Part shown: positions 33,801-42,136 of the stretch, in pieces
Layout: every line of letters starts with the position of its first letter
Position numbering within the stretch: position 1 is the stretch's first letter
Assembly: GCA_937625935.1 (NCBI GenBank)
Contig: OW569345.1
Coordinates: forward strand, 310,001-374,000
Reading direction: 5' to 3'
Source: Tetramitus jugosus
Taxonomy: Eukaryota; Protista; Heterolobosea
DNA: 64,000 nucleotides
The notes under the pieces: model-generated
The model's input: the letters and a program-made list of their open reading frames with translations, nothing else
Databases searched by the model: none
What the model was told of the DNA's origin: nothing
Program-made: the position numbers and the translations under genes

Positions 33801-34531
33801 GATGCAATAGCAACAGCCAGCACAACAACGAGACATGCGAGCAATCCCAACAGATAACCCAATTTCCGCTTCCGAATCTCTCTCATATTGAACAAAAAGT
33901 AGTGATAGTAGGCAAATATGGTGTTTAACACAAAGAGCCACACCATTCTCATGACATGCTTTCCCAGGCGCCCCAAGTACTTGACATTCCAATTTTGTGG
34001 ATCAGTCAGTGACTTTAGTGAATAGAGCTTTTTCTTTTGTTTCTGTTTCTGTGCTTCTTGTTCAGGTGTCATGCTATTGTTCTCTACATAGTCTACATTT
34101 CTATCAATATTGGTTGTACTCTTGTATGCACTCTGATTCCCATCATCGTCATCGTCATCGTCATCATCATCTAATGGTTGCTCCATCATGTTGTCTTTGG
34201 AGAGAACAATAGTGCGATCAGCAGGTGAATGATTGGGTGATTGCATAATGGGCGGTGGTGACTCGACATGCGGCGAAGAGAGGTGCTCTTCATCTTCTTG
34301 TTCATCGTCATTCTTCTGTGCTATCGGCATGTTATCAACAAGCTTTGATTGTTTCGTCATGTTGTCGTCACTCATGTCTTGTAACTCTACACTCATGATA
34401 CTATTGTTGTTGTTGTTGTCATTGTAGTTGAAATCATCTTCATCATCACTACTGTCGTTTTCTACTCTGTTGCTATTGTCGTTATTGTTTCGATTTGAGG
34501 GGTAATTGGATGATGGATGTTGGTCTGCCAT
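30824..34531 (-). CDS. Duplicated FtsX/MacB-like ABC permease family membrane protein
   Basis: Two FtsX modules: NVENRAFEMGVMRMIG and NIQEQTKEIAVLRAIG...EAFVLV; large extracytoplasmic loops; ATG at 34531. Confidence 0.88.
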   Translation of the reverse strand: MADQHPSSNYPSNRNNNDNSNRVENDSSDDEDDFNYNDNNNNNSIMSVELQDMSDDNMTKQSKLVDNMPIAQKNDDEQEDEEHLSSPHVESPPPIMQSPNHSPADRTIVLSKDNMMEQPLDDDDDDDDDDGNQSAYKSTTNIDRNVDYVENNSMTPEQEAQKQKQKKKLYSLKSLTDPQNWNVKYLGRLGKHVMRMVWLFVLNTIFAYYHYFLFNMREIRKRKLGYLLGLLACLVVVLAVAIASSALSQLPIIFLRLAENNNGEYDIRLVPKDFSSSTTLNMTAIEESVQRGAGTPEFYSKFQYFSPRLNYGSKLTTVFAASKCFENGTKNVLPLEPASTFRQWAYLGYPNTTDCSQWNSTFCASHYCDRGYQAPLFVIDTLREKKMQLGRNWRHPPMGASEAYLSPNLANSLNVTEGDSIVIQIDGSSSMVGPYRDAGIIKSRLPSIPYLIYFPVTVKISDSQRKISIYTKDSIFMEYDQFLRSIAPYVHPDLPDEQRELLSNNSMYPYAQLIYYSMRPSRIDHYNKQKYDDIKTMVIQFASQVLYYVGFDQVGRSYPMLEYMNQTQFFSLFLGLIVNIIIVIMALLSIMLIYSLLMINVENRAFEMGVMRMIGMKRLGLLQLIFMQSLFFAIPGVIIGLAIAQLVWLGVAYGLSGVFSVKLARTLNGYAVLEAALLGLFLPIIASILPIRNALTKNLHDSLDTNQSKTKSVKYSIERNSEGKISLPIVALGAVGAILGFFTYYFFPLALLSLNLTLLLYMFFAVLIAMLLGLTMLTLNVETIIEKFITFVCFFWENGAVQSMITKNLTAHRERNRKTTIMLSLSLGFIIFISIAFNLQVQTFTFGVQQSFGTRLNLIFSENRSSDKSLLRRIEKVAEADPVIKGRYTYMSQPLNSFYDGFRIQSLGRYQSGVCTLYAVPPNFLNVVRRRFLRLSEQHEGNIRSYNVVKQLYSRIGTYSMLIGSYYKTLFDLKKGVNDQFALESKTSIPNSFAKYTYRMMRPLAFMDSAPTLSVSKFPGQNNQDALVSFPTYLRMMNRTDYVTANDIPLRVMFLEIDDNAKPSLISAAKKKIKDLISSKDYISLKDMEDDLSPISIAIEAINYFFLLTAAVAMFICFFSLISGQYTNIQEQTKEIAVLRAIGCRRFLIVRLFIYEAFVLVLSASLMGICIGFITGYTMSAQSFLFTQLPLQPVVPWQIMILVIGLSFVFAIISAIFPTIAMLRLPIVVLLKRII

Positions 34532-34768
34532 CTTTACTGAACGACGATGGCAAAGACGAATGGGATGGGTGTTGTGGTTGGTTTCTCTTGGGACGATCTG
34601 ATGTTGGTCGAAATCACACCTTGGTAGATAATACGCACCTCGAACCAAAGTCGAAAAATAGACCAGGAAGATCCGATCCGTTTTAGGCCGAACCAGTTTC
34701 CACATTTACAAATTGTGCGATGGATCTCTCCCGCGCAAAAAAACACCCTCCACAAGCGTGATTCTTGA

Positions 34769-37285
34769 ATGAGAAAAATGATGGATGCACAGATGGAACC
34801 CAATCACAAGAACAATGGACTCGTAGCTCCAAGATCGATAAGAGGTTACAAGGTTGTGGATGAGCTAGAGGACAATTCCTTTGTTGTCCTAAAGAAATCT
34901 GAGGTGTCTTTTTACAAGAAGCAAGCGGTTCGATTACCACAAGATAAACCTCGTCTTTATTTATTGAAAAAGTACGAGTTAGAGGAGAACAGAGAGGAAC
35001 AGTGGAGACCGCGCATCAATTCATTGCACCTTTTGAGTCGAAAACAAATGGTTCACTTGCATGAATCGTTCTTCATCGTGGATCGTCAGTCGAACCAGCA
35101 ATATTTTTGCACCGTGGAGCAGTTATCTGGATACCAAACAATAAGATCGTACATGTGGCATAGAATCAAGAGAAGAGTTGATTCAAACCGAGAATTTAGT
35201 TGCATTGATCATCAATCGATTCGATGTATCATGAAAGCAGTGCTAGAAACACTGGAAACATTGCATGAGATTCGTATTGCGTACGGAAGTCTATCTCCTC
35301 TCAGTATCTTAATTGAAAAGAAAACACGAGCCATCGTACTGAGACCACTAGACATCATTCAGAACAATAACGTGTGGACAAGTTGCGAGTGTGTTGACCC
35401 ATACACTTTTCGGTTACATAGAAAGAAATCCACAGTTATTCAATTCGAGCAAAGTCAAATGTGGTACTTTCCCCCAGAGGTTATTTCAAATCCGAAAGAT
35501 GGTGGAAATTATTTTAGCATTCACTGTGATTTATGGGCCGTAGCATGTATCCTTGCCGAATGTCTTCTTCCCTATCCCCTATTTTCTTCTGAAGATATTC
35601 CAAATCAGTTGATTAATATTTACTCAACCTTAGGGATGCCTAGTAGAAAGTATTGTCCCAAACCAATTACCGAAACTGGTTTCTTTGATTCCCTGAAAGG
35701 AGTAATACCAACATTTAGCTCAGATATGGACCGACTTAGAAGCATCAAACGATTCATTAGTTTAAGCAATGTTCATGTTACAACGAAAGTAGTACACTTG
35801 CTTGGTGTATTGCTACAATACAAGCCTGAGAAGCGATTGGACATCAATCGCGTGAGACGATCAACCCTTTTCACAGATGATACGACAGTGTTCTATGAAC
35901 TCCTAAAATACCGATTAAACTCTCAAGAAGCAACCCCTAAACAAGAAAGTGATTCGAGTTTCGTTTCGAGTATTGAAAACTCATTCGAAGATCATTCCTC
36001 ATGTTCGTTAAGTCCGTCATTTTTGAGTGATGTTGCTGCATTGAATGGATTGGACGAGCGTCAACTTGTAAAACCGAGAGTGTCTGACGAGGTGACTCTG
36101 ACTTCATTACTCAATGGATATGATGAAAAGGGAGCAAATTCAACTAGTCTAGAAACTCATTCGCGGAAACTATTGTCCACAAAGACCGTTACAATTCCAA
36201 AGAGGAAAGAACTATTTGATTATGATTACTTCATGTTTTCAGAGAACGTCGATGGTGAAACAATAGAGCCTGTTGGATATGAGCCGAATGAGAGTGCAGC
36301 CGACCAACACTCCCGGTTGGATGAAACAGCAGATGTCGAATCCGAAGCAAAACAAATCTCTGATATTCCCTCCATCAGTACTGTAGACGATTCGCTTTCT
36401 TTACCGTTGCTGAGCCAGAGAATGAAGAATGAATGTCGGAATATTCAAGTCGTGGTATTGGGAATTAAGAGTATAACGCACACGAACGAGTGTAGAATAC
36501 AATTCTTGTGGGATGATTCTCAGATAACCACACTCATAGTGGACAGCAATGTGAGGACAACACTCAGATCGACCAACCATATGAGTACTAGATGGATAAA
36601 ACCTTTGATCTTAAACTTCCAGTCTCAAACGGGGGAAACTCGTGCTCATGTTACGATTGATGTGTCTCTTTTAGGGATAGGAGAGACAGGATTTGAGATA
36701 GATGGTTGGTACCATGTGATATGTGATAAAACTAAGATTCTTCTTGGTCAAATTCAAGTCCAGGTATCTGCCCTTCATGAATCCATTGAAAATAGCGAGA
36801 TAGTAAGTAGTTCACCCTCATTGGACACTCCTCAATCTCCTGAGTCAAACGAAGAAGAAATAGATGAATTGGAGATCGATATATTGAGAGGTAGATCATC
36901 ATCAATCGTCAGTTCTAAAGATCCTTTTGATGTTTTTCAAATCCACCAAGAGGAAGAGAGCAGCTCTGATTACTCTAGTTCATTCTCTCACAAAGAACAG
37001 AGAAGAAACTCGGATGATTCGAATATTAGCCATTGCAGCTCTTTGGGTGATATCGTTAGCCGAAGTGTCGGTAGTCTCTCCATTGATGTTGAAGCAAGAC
37101 CATCAAACAAACCCATTCTCTGTTCGATACCTAAACGGTCAATTGGTGAACATACCTCCTCGATCCAAGAAGATGAGCTAGACTCATCCAGTATGCAAGA
37201 TTCTCCATTCTACCAGTTTTTAGAAAGAGAAGTGTATAGTGACGACGAAGATGATATCATGCAACCATTCGATAGTAATTTATAA
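34769..37285 (+). CDS. CMGC-like pseudokinase with a C-terminal C2-like domain
   Basis: Kinase C-lobe motifs present (WYFPPEV, DLWAVACILAE, PLFS, YKPEKR) but HRD is YGS and DFG is absent; C-terminal VTIDVSLL..GFEIDGWYHV..LGQIQVQVS. Confidence 0.72.
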   Translation: MRKMMDAQMEPNHKNNGLVAPRSIRGYKVVDELEDNSFVVLKKSEVSFYKKQAVRLPQDKPRLYLLKKYELEENREEQWRPRINSLHLLSRKQMVHLHESFFIVDRQSNQQYFCTVEQLSGYQTIRSYMWHRIKRRVDSNREFSCIDHQSIRCIMKAVLETLETLHEIRIAYGSLSPLSILIEKKTRAIVLRPLDIIQNNNVWTSCECVDPYTFRLHRKKSTVIQFEQSQMWYFPPEVISNPKDGGNYFSIHCDLWAVACILAECLLPYPLFSSEDIPNQLINIYSTLGMPSRKYCPKPITETGFFDSLKGVIPTFSSDMDRLRSIKRFISLSNVHVTTKVVHLLGVLLQYKPEKRLDINRVRRSTLFTDDTTVFYELLKYRLNSQEATPKQESDSSFVSSIENSFEDHSSCSLSPSFLSDVAALNGLDERQLVKPRVSDEVTLTSLLNGYDEKGANSTSLETHSRKLLSTKTVTIPKRKELFDYDYFMFSENVDGETIEPVGYEPNESAADQHSRLDETADVESEAKQISDIPSISTVDDSLSLPLLSQRMKNECRNIQVVVLGIKSITHTNECRIQFLWDDSQITTLIVDSNVRTTLRSTNHMSTRWIKPLILNFQSQTGETRAHVTIDVSLLGIGETGFEIDGWYHVICDKTKILLGQIQVQVSALHESIENSEIVSSSPSLDTPQSPESNEEEIDELEIDILRGRSSSIVSSKDPFDVFQIHQEEESSSDYSSSFSHKEQRRNSDDSNISHCSSLGDIVSRSVGSLSIDVEARPSNKPILCSIPKRSIGEHTSSIQEDELDSSSMQDSPFYQFLEREVYSDDEDDIMQPFDSNL

Positions 37286-37289
37286 TAAA

Positions 37290-38732
37290 CTAATGTAAAA
37301 TACACTGAGCATAGCTCTGCATTTGCATGTAAACGGTTGAGCAATATTGTGCTAATCTACACTTGTTTTGACAGTTATCTCTGGCGAACTTGGCATGAAA
37401 ATAGTTAGTAAATGTTTTCCAGACTGTATCATTGGAGATCAACTGGTTGGCAACACCATACCAGCTCTGAGGACTCATGTCGACCATATTGTATGCTTGC
37501 TTGGCTGAATATTCGACCTCGAATTTCATTTCTCCCTCCATATTGGCTTGAGTTACATTTGAAATAAATGTTACAACATCCACCAGGTTATACGGATACT
37601 TTTTCTCCAGTTTGAACAGTCTCACAGATGGATTCTGGTCGGTCCATGTGGTCACAGATGGAGTAACAAATGCTACAGATTTTGGAACGGTATTTGTTTC
37701 GTAATCCATCAGCACTCTAAAGGAATCTGTGTGAGTGTGTCCATACGTTTGCAAAATCACCATATCTGAAAACTGATCAATAATTTGTTGGAATTGGGTA
37801 TTGAATGATGGAATACTCATAGGTGTTGGGCTTCGGTCATCGATACCAGGTGGAATATGGCCAAGAATGAGTACACGCTCTTGATTCTTCTGGGCATTTG
37901 ACAATACTTGCTTAACAAAAGCCAATTGTCCAGCTGGATCTTGATTCCTGTCCTTGTACAAGAAGAAGTTGAGTGGATCTTGCCATTGTGTATTCATAAT
38001 CAACGCACGCAAACCATCCCGTACTTTCACAGTATAATATCCTGCATACTTCATCGTATCAAATGCACCTGCATCAACAATACCAGATTGCTTCATAATA
38101 TCGGTAAACGGATCTAAAAACCAACTGTTTCCAGGAGAATAGTCAAACTGATCAATTGGGAAACCGTCATGATTTCCAATCGCGGACAACAAGAGAGATG
38201 AGTGAGAGACGTTGCCATGGGAGATTGAGCCACTACTAGGTCTCAAAATCTTCAACAAACTCTTGTGAACAGTCAGCATAGCTTCTTTGTTCTTCTCTTT
38301 GCTATAGTTCCAATCATCATGAGCCAGATTGTCTCCACCATAGAACACAAACAACTCATTCTCACTCTTGAAGTCATCATCAAAATACTGTTTCACAAAC
38401 TGAACCGTGTGTTCAAATGTGGACAATGGAATGTCACAGTTGCCATGTTGATTGTGACCAAATAGTCCGGCACGATCCAATGGCTCATTCGGATTAGAGT
38501 TCTTACTGTCTGCTCGACAACAGATGGGAATGTCATTACAGTTGGCCACTGAACCTTGCACGTAATCTGAGTCAATGTGTGGATCTGTTACCTGCCAAAA
38601 ATACAGAAAGTCTTCACTGCCGATGCGGCCGTGTTGTTTCTTTGGGGGCTGCCTGGCAGAGTTGGGTTTGCAGGAGACCGCACCCACAATCAGAACAATC
38701 AAGAGCACGAATGGTAAGTAACTCCTTGTCAT
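37290..38732 (-). CDS. Acid sphingomyelinase-like metallophosphoesterase (SMPD1/SMPDL3 family), secreted
   Basis: Signal peptide; FWQVTDPHID, CCR, GCDIP-like, GGDNLAHD, IGNHD, LILGHIPPG, YGHTHTDSF, PSVT, NPSVR. Confidence 0.92.
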   Translation of the reverse strand: MTRSYLPFVLLIVLIVGAVSCKPNSARQPPKKQHGRIGSEDFLYFWQVTDPHIDSDYVQGSVANCNDIPICCRADSKNSNPNEPLDRAGLFGHNQHGNCDIPLSTFEHTVQFVKQYFDDDFKSENELFVFYGGDNLAHDDWNYSKEKNKEAMLTVHKSLLKILRPSSGSISHGNVSHSSLLLSAIGNHDGFPIDQFDYSPGNSWFLDPFTDIMKQSGIVDAGAFDTMKYAGYYTVKVRDGLRALIMNTQWQDPLNFFLYKDRNQDPAGQLAFVKQVLSNAQKNQERVLILGHIPPGIDDRSPTPMSIPSFNTQFQQIIDQFSDMVILQTYGHTHTDSFRVLMDYETNTVPKSVAFVTPSVTTWTDQNPSVRLFKLEKKYPYNLVDVVTFISNVTQANMEGEMKFEVEYSAKQAYNMVDMSPQSWYGVANQLISNDTVWKTFTNYFHAKFARDNCQNKCRLAQYCSTVYMQMQSYAQCILH

Positions 38733-39398
38733 TGGTGCGCTTTCTGAGAATTTTTGCTTCTCGAGTTGAGTTACAAGTCTGTTGTCACGTTTCAGATTCT
38801 GAGTTCAGCAAAACTGCCAGAGTCCGAAGAATTCAGGGATATTCCGACGATAGATATTCCATGTTGAAGCCTTCATTTTTCTCCCTCCAAAAACCGTTGA
38901 ACATCAACGTAAACAACTCTGACGCGTCAGCGACGATGGTGGTGCGTGTGCCTTCGCGTCACAGTATCGCTCCGCACTCACTTTACAAAAAAATGCAGTT
39001 CAAGGATTATAGCAGCTAAAAAAACTCCAAACGACACACTGCAAAACAACACTTCAGTCGAAACAAGGTCCAGACGCACGCACCCGCACACGGACACCAT
39101 TTAGATTGACATTCCTCCAGAGTATAATTGATATACCCGCCGCAGGTACGCACAAACGACAGCTCTTTTTTGTGTTATTCTCCTGAGATACTGTGCGATC
39201 AACAGCAACAGCACAGTCTCGATCGTTGGGTGAGAGCTTTAAGCTGTTTCAAAGCTCTCACCAAAATTTTTGACCTCCAACACAAAACAACTAACAACAC
39301 ACAAAAACACGGCTTATAAAAAGCTTTCCTTGTATATATACAACAACAACAACTAACCAACTAACTAAAATCAACTTACTAGTCGTACGATAAAAACA

Positions 39399-40970
39399 AT
39401 GAGCAGTCAATTAGCAAAACGTATCAGAAACACCAAACTCTTGTCAAAGGTCGTTCCATCAGCCAACGACCTCGTTCCCCTGTTCAAGAATGGTCAATGG
39501 TTAGGATGGTCTGGCTTCACTGGTGTAGGCTATCCAAAGATGGTTCCATTGGCTTTGGCAGAGCACGTGGAACGCAACAACCTTCAAGGTCAAATGAAAT
39601 TCAACTTGTGTGTCGGTGCCAGTGCCGGTGCAGAGTGTGAGGACAGATGGGCCAAACTAGACATGATTGATCGTCGGTTCCCTCATCAAGTCGGAAAAAA
39701 TATTCAAGATGGGATCAACAGTGGTCGAATCCGATTTGCTGATAAGCATTTGAGCATGTTTCCACAGGATTTGGTGTATGGGTACTACACAAAGGACAAA
39801 CCAAATGGAAACAAGCTTGATATTGTGATTATTGAGGCAACTGCAATCACTGAGGATGGTGCCATTATTCCTGGTGCTGCTGTCGGTGCCAGCCCAGAAT
39901 TGATTCAGATGGCGGATCGCATCATTATCGAACTGAACACAAAGTTGCCTTCGTTTGAGGGTCTTCATGATATCACCATGTGTGATTTGCCTCCACATCG
40001 ATTGCCCATCAATATCAATCGAGTTGAAGACAGAATCGGTATGAAGTCCATCCCTGTCGATCCAGAGAAGATTATTGCCATTGTAGAGTCGAATCGACCA
40101 GACAATACTGGTGGTAATGATCCACAGGATGAAAAGTCTGAGGCCATTGCACAACACATTATCGAATTTTTGCAAGCCGAGGTCAAGCACGGACGATTGC
40201 CAAAGAATTTGTTGCCATTGCAATCTGGTATTGGCAACGTATCGAATGCCATTATTGGAGGATTGGCCAATGGTCCATTCGAAGACTTGAGCGTGTACAC
40301 TGAAGTGCTCCAAGACACCTTCTTGGACTTTTTTGACCAGAATAAGCTCAGAGTGGCATCTGCTACATCGATTCGTTTCTCACCAGAGGGCTTTGATCGC
40401 TTCTATGCCAACTGGGACAAGTACACACCAAAGATTATCTTGAGATCACAGCTCGTATCCAATGCCCCTGAAGTCATTCGGAGACTTGGATGCATTGCCA
40501 TGAATACACCCGTTGAGTTTGATATCTATGGTCACGCAAACTCCACATGTGTCAACGGTTCTCGCATGCTCAACGGTCTTGGTGGATCTGGAGACTTTTT
40601 GAGAAATGCAAAGATTTCAATCATGCATGCCCCTTCCACTCGTCCAACCAAGATTGATCCTCATGGTATTAGCAGTATTGTGCCATTCTGCTCTCACGTT
40701 GATCAAACGGAGCACGACTTGGACGTGTTTGTCACAGAACAAGGATTGGCTGATGTCAGAGGTTTGTCACCAAAGGACAGAGCAAAGGTCATCATTGAAA
40801 AGTGTGCCCATCCAGAGTATAAGCCACTCTTGAAGGAATACTTGGACATGTCAACCAAGATTTGCCTTGAGAAGAAGATGGGTCACGAGCCACACATGTT
40901 GAAGCATGCCTTTAAGATGCACTGCAACTTGATGGATAAGGGAACAATGAAGGTTGATGGATGGAATTAA
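39399..40970 (+). CDS. ACH1: Acetyl-CoA hydrolase / acetate:succinate CoA-transferase (ACH1 type)
   Basis: [72 protein letters not shown]; collinear with fungal Ach1 (recalled). Confidence 0.96.
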   Translation: MSSQLAKRIRNTKLLSKVVPSANDLVPLFKNGQWLGWSGFTGVGYPKMVPLALAEHVERNNLQGQMKFNLCVGASAGAECEDRWAKLDMIDRRFPHQVGKNIQDGINSGRIRFADKHLSMFPQDLVYGYYTKDKPNGNKLDIVIIEATAITEDGAIIPGAAVGASPELIQMADRIIIELNTKLPSFEGLHDITMCDLPPHRLPININRVEDRIGMKSIPVDPEKIIAIVESNRPDNTGGNDPQDEKSEAIAQHIIEFLQAEVKHGRLPKNLLPLQSGIGNVSNAIIGGLANGPFEDLSVYTEVLQDTFLDFFDQNKLRVASATSIRFSPEGFDRFYANWDKYTPKIILRSQLVSNAPEVIRRLGCIAMNTPVEFDIYGHANSTCVNGSRMLNGLGGSGDFLRNAKISIMHAPSTRPTKIDPHGISSIVPFCSHVDQTEHDLDVFVTEQGLADVRGLSPKDRAKVIIEKCAHPEYKPLLKEYLDMSTKICLEKKMGHEPHMLKHAFKMHCNLMDKGTMKVDGWN

Positions 40971-41200
40971 ACTTTATCAGAATAACCAATTGTAAAATGC
41001 TAGATAGTATTAATATGAAACTCTTAAATCGTTGGATGTGGACAAATTGCAACTTCGTTTGTCACTGACCCACGACAGCAAAACAACTTTAGAAAAGGAA
41101 GAAAAGCAAATGAACAAAAGCTACTTTATTGAATCGAAGCTCCCAAAAGACAAGGAAAGCAACCGACAAGACACATAGAGCTTTGGTGGTTTTTGACGAT

Positions 41201-41290
41201 AGGATCAGATTCATTGTTTTCACACTGTCGCGCGCGCACGCAACTCGATCGTAAATTACCCATTAATGAAAAAGTTGTCTCATCACACCC
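41201..41290 (-). ncRNA. Box C/D snoRNA, U16/snR87-like (SSU Am436-equivalent guide)
   Basis: C box GTGATGA (41286-41280), D box CTGA (41208-41205). The 13-nt guide TGGGTAATTTACG before a D'-like TCGA is complementary to conserved SSU CG(T/C)AAATTACCCA. Enclosed by a stem (41314-41287 with 41204-41177). Confidence 0.82.
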
Positions 41291-41442
41291 ATCATCATCA
41301 ACCAACAAGGCTCCACCAATCTATCATCGATTAACCTTCTTGCCATCCGTAACACTAAATACAAAAGACTCCAACAATTGAAAAACTAAAAACGAGGGTG
41401 TCAATTCTTAAGTCTCGAGCATCACTCACAATATGAAATGCC

Positions 41443-41589
41443 ACATGTCTTGTTATTGTTTGAGGTTTACCCCATCAGTAAAAATAGACTTGGTAGCGAG
41501 ATGTTTACCACATGCATGGTTCAGACAAATGCCTCGTGAAAAATCATCATCAGGTGCATTGACTCTCATACAACAACAACAAGACATGT
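41443..41589. repeat. Inverted repeat enclosing the snR13-like snoRNA
   Basis: Minus-strand ACATGTCTTGTTGTTG (41589-41574) pairs with CAATAACAAGACATGT (41458-41443): 16 bp with one G-U pair. Confidence 0.85.
41470..41555 (-). ncRNA. Box C/D snoRNA guiding the LSU Am2281-equivalent site (snR13/U15 target)
   Basis: C box ATGATGA (41550-41544), D' CTGA (41524-41521), D CTGA (41478-41475). The 12-nt guide ACGAGGCATTTG is perfectly complementary to conserved LSU CAAATGCCTCGT. Confidence 0.88.
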
Positions 41590-41679
41590 TCATTCAGACG
41601 AATTATGGATTCATACCTATAAAAAAACTAAAATCATACTATGTCAGTATACAACGTCACTACACGACCAAATAAAAGT

Positions 41680-41915
41680 ATCACCAGCACCAACAAAGAC
41701 AAAAGTATGTCATGTTTTTGTGAATAGAGCATCAGGTAAAATTTTGCCAAATTACGGTGTTATCACCAAATTGGTTCGACAACCAAAGGTACTCCCTTAT
41801 CCTGAAAAACTCAGAATAAGAGACATCCCCCAGCCATCTAAGTCTGACTCGTCATTTTTGTCATCATTGCAAATCACAATACATGCCATCCTTTTGTCAT
41901 TGTTGATGTGGTGAT
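41680..41915. repeat. Imperfect ~42 bp inverted repeat enclosing the U15/snR75-like snoRNA
   Basis: Minus-strand ATCACCACATCAACAATGACAAAAGGATGGCATGTATTGTGA (41915-41874) pairs with TCACAAAAACATGACATACTTTTGTCTTTGTTGGTGCTGGTGAT (41723-41680). Confidence 0.85.
41729..41870 (-). ncRNA. Long box C/D snoRNA, U15/snR75-like (LSU Gm2288-equivalent guide)
   Basis: GCA/TGC terminal stem; C box ATGATGA (41867-41861); guide ATGACGAG + T + D'-like CAGA, complementary to LSU CTCGTCAT; GGGGATGTCTCTT resembles vertebrate U15 (recalled); internal hairpin TCTCTTATTCTGA/TCAGGATAAGGGA; D box CTGA (41735-41732). Confidence 0.8.
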
Positions 41916-42136
41916 TGTTCTGCATCACACATACCTATTATTATACAGAAATTTATTGAATTGTTATGATTGGAAGTTGTTTTTGTTTCAAAAAGCTTTG
42001 TGAAAAGTGATTTTTCTTTTTATTGTGTGGAAAACAGAATCAACGATTTTGTTGCATGATCACGGTTGTAAACCTTGGTCAATTTTTTTCTTTGTTGAAG
42101 TTTTGGTAGGGCGGGGAATAACGATACAACGACTTT

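Larger units (their letters stand above)
40990..42030 (-). ncRNA. Putative spliced non-coding snoRNA host gene (three snoRNA-bearing introns; ends approximate)
   Basis: Donors GTATGT (41934) and GTATGA (41616), and probably GCAAGA (41343). Acceptors: CTGAC..ATAG (41639), TTGAC..TTTTTAG (41386), pyrimidine tract plus AAG (41087). Exons are short, U-rich and have no ORF. Confidence 0.62.

Noticed and set aside
39657-40318. Antisense ORFs inside ACH1 (similar ones in GCAT, STAG and CNOT1)
   Set aside because: No motifs; expected from codon bias on the coding strand.
41725-41812. TPP-riboswitch-like look (GGGAGTACC...ACCTGAT)
   Set aside because: The conserved CTGAGA and the P4/P5 segment are missing; the region is better explained as the 3' half of the long snoRNA.
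41126-41914. Short ORFs (60-80 aa) in the ACH1-HDHD5 gap
   Set aside because: No protein-like features, mostly non-ATG starts; the region is explained by snoRNAs and their flanking stems.
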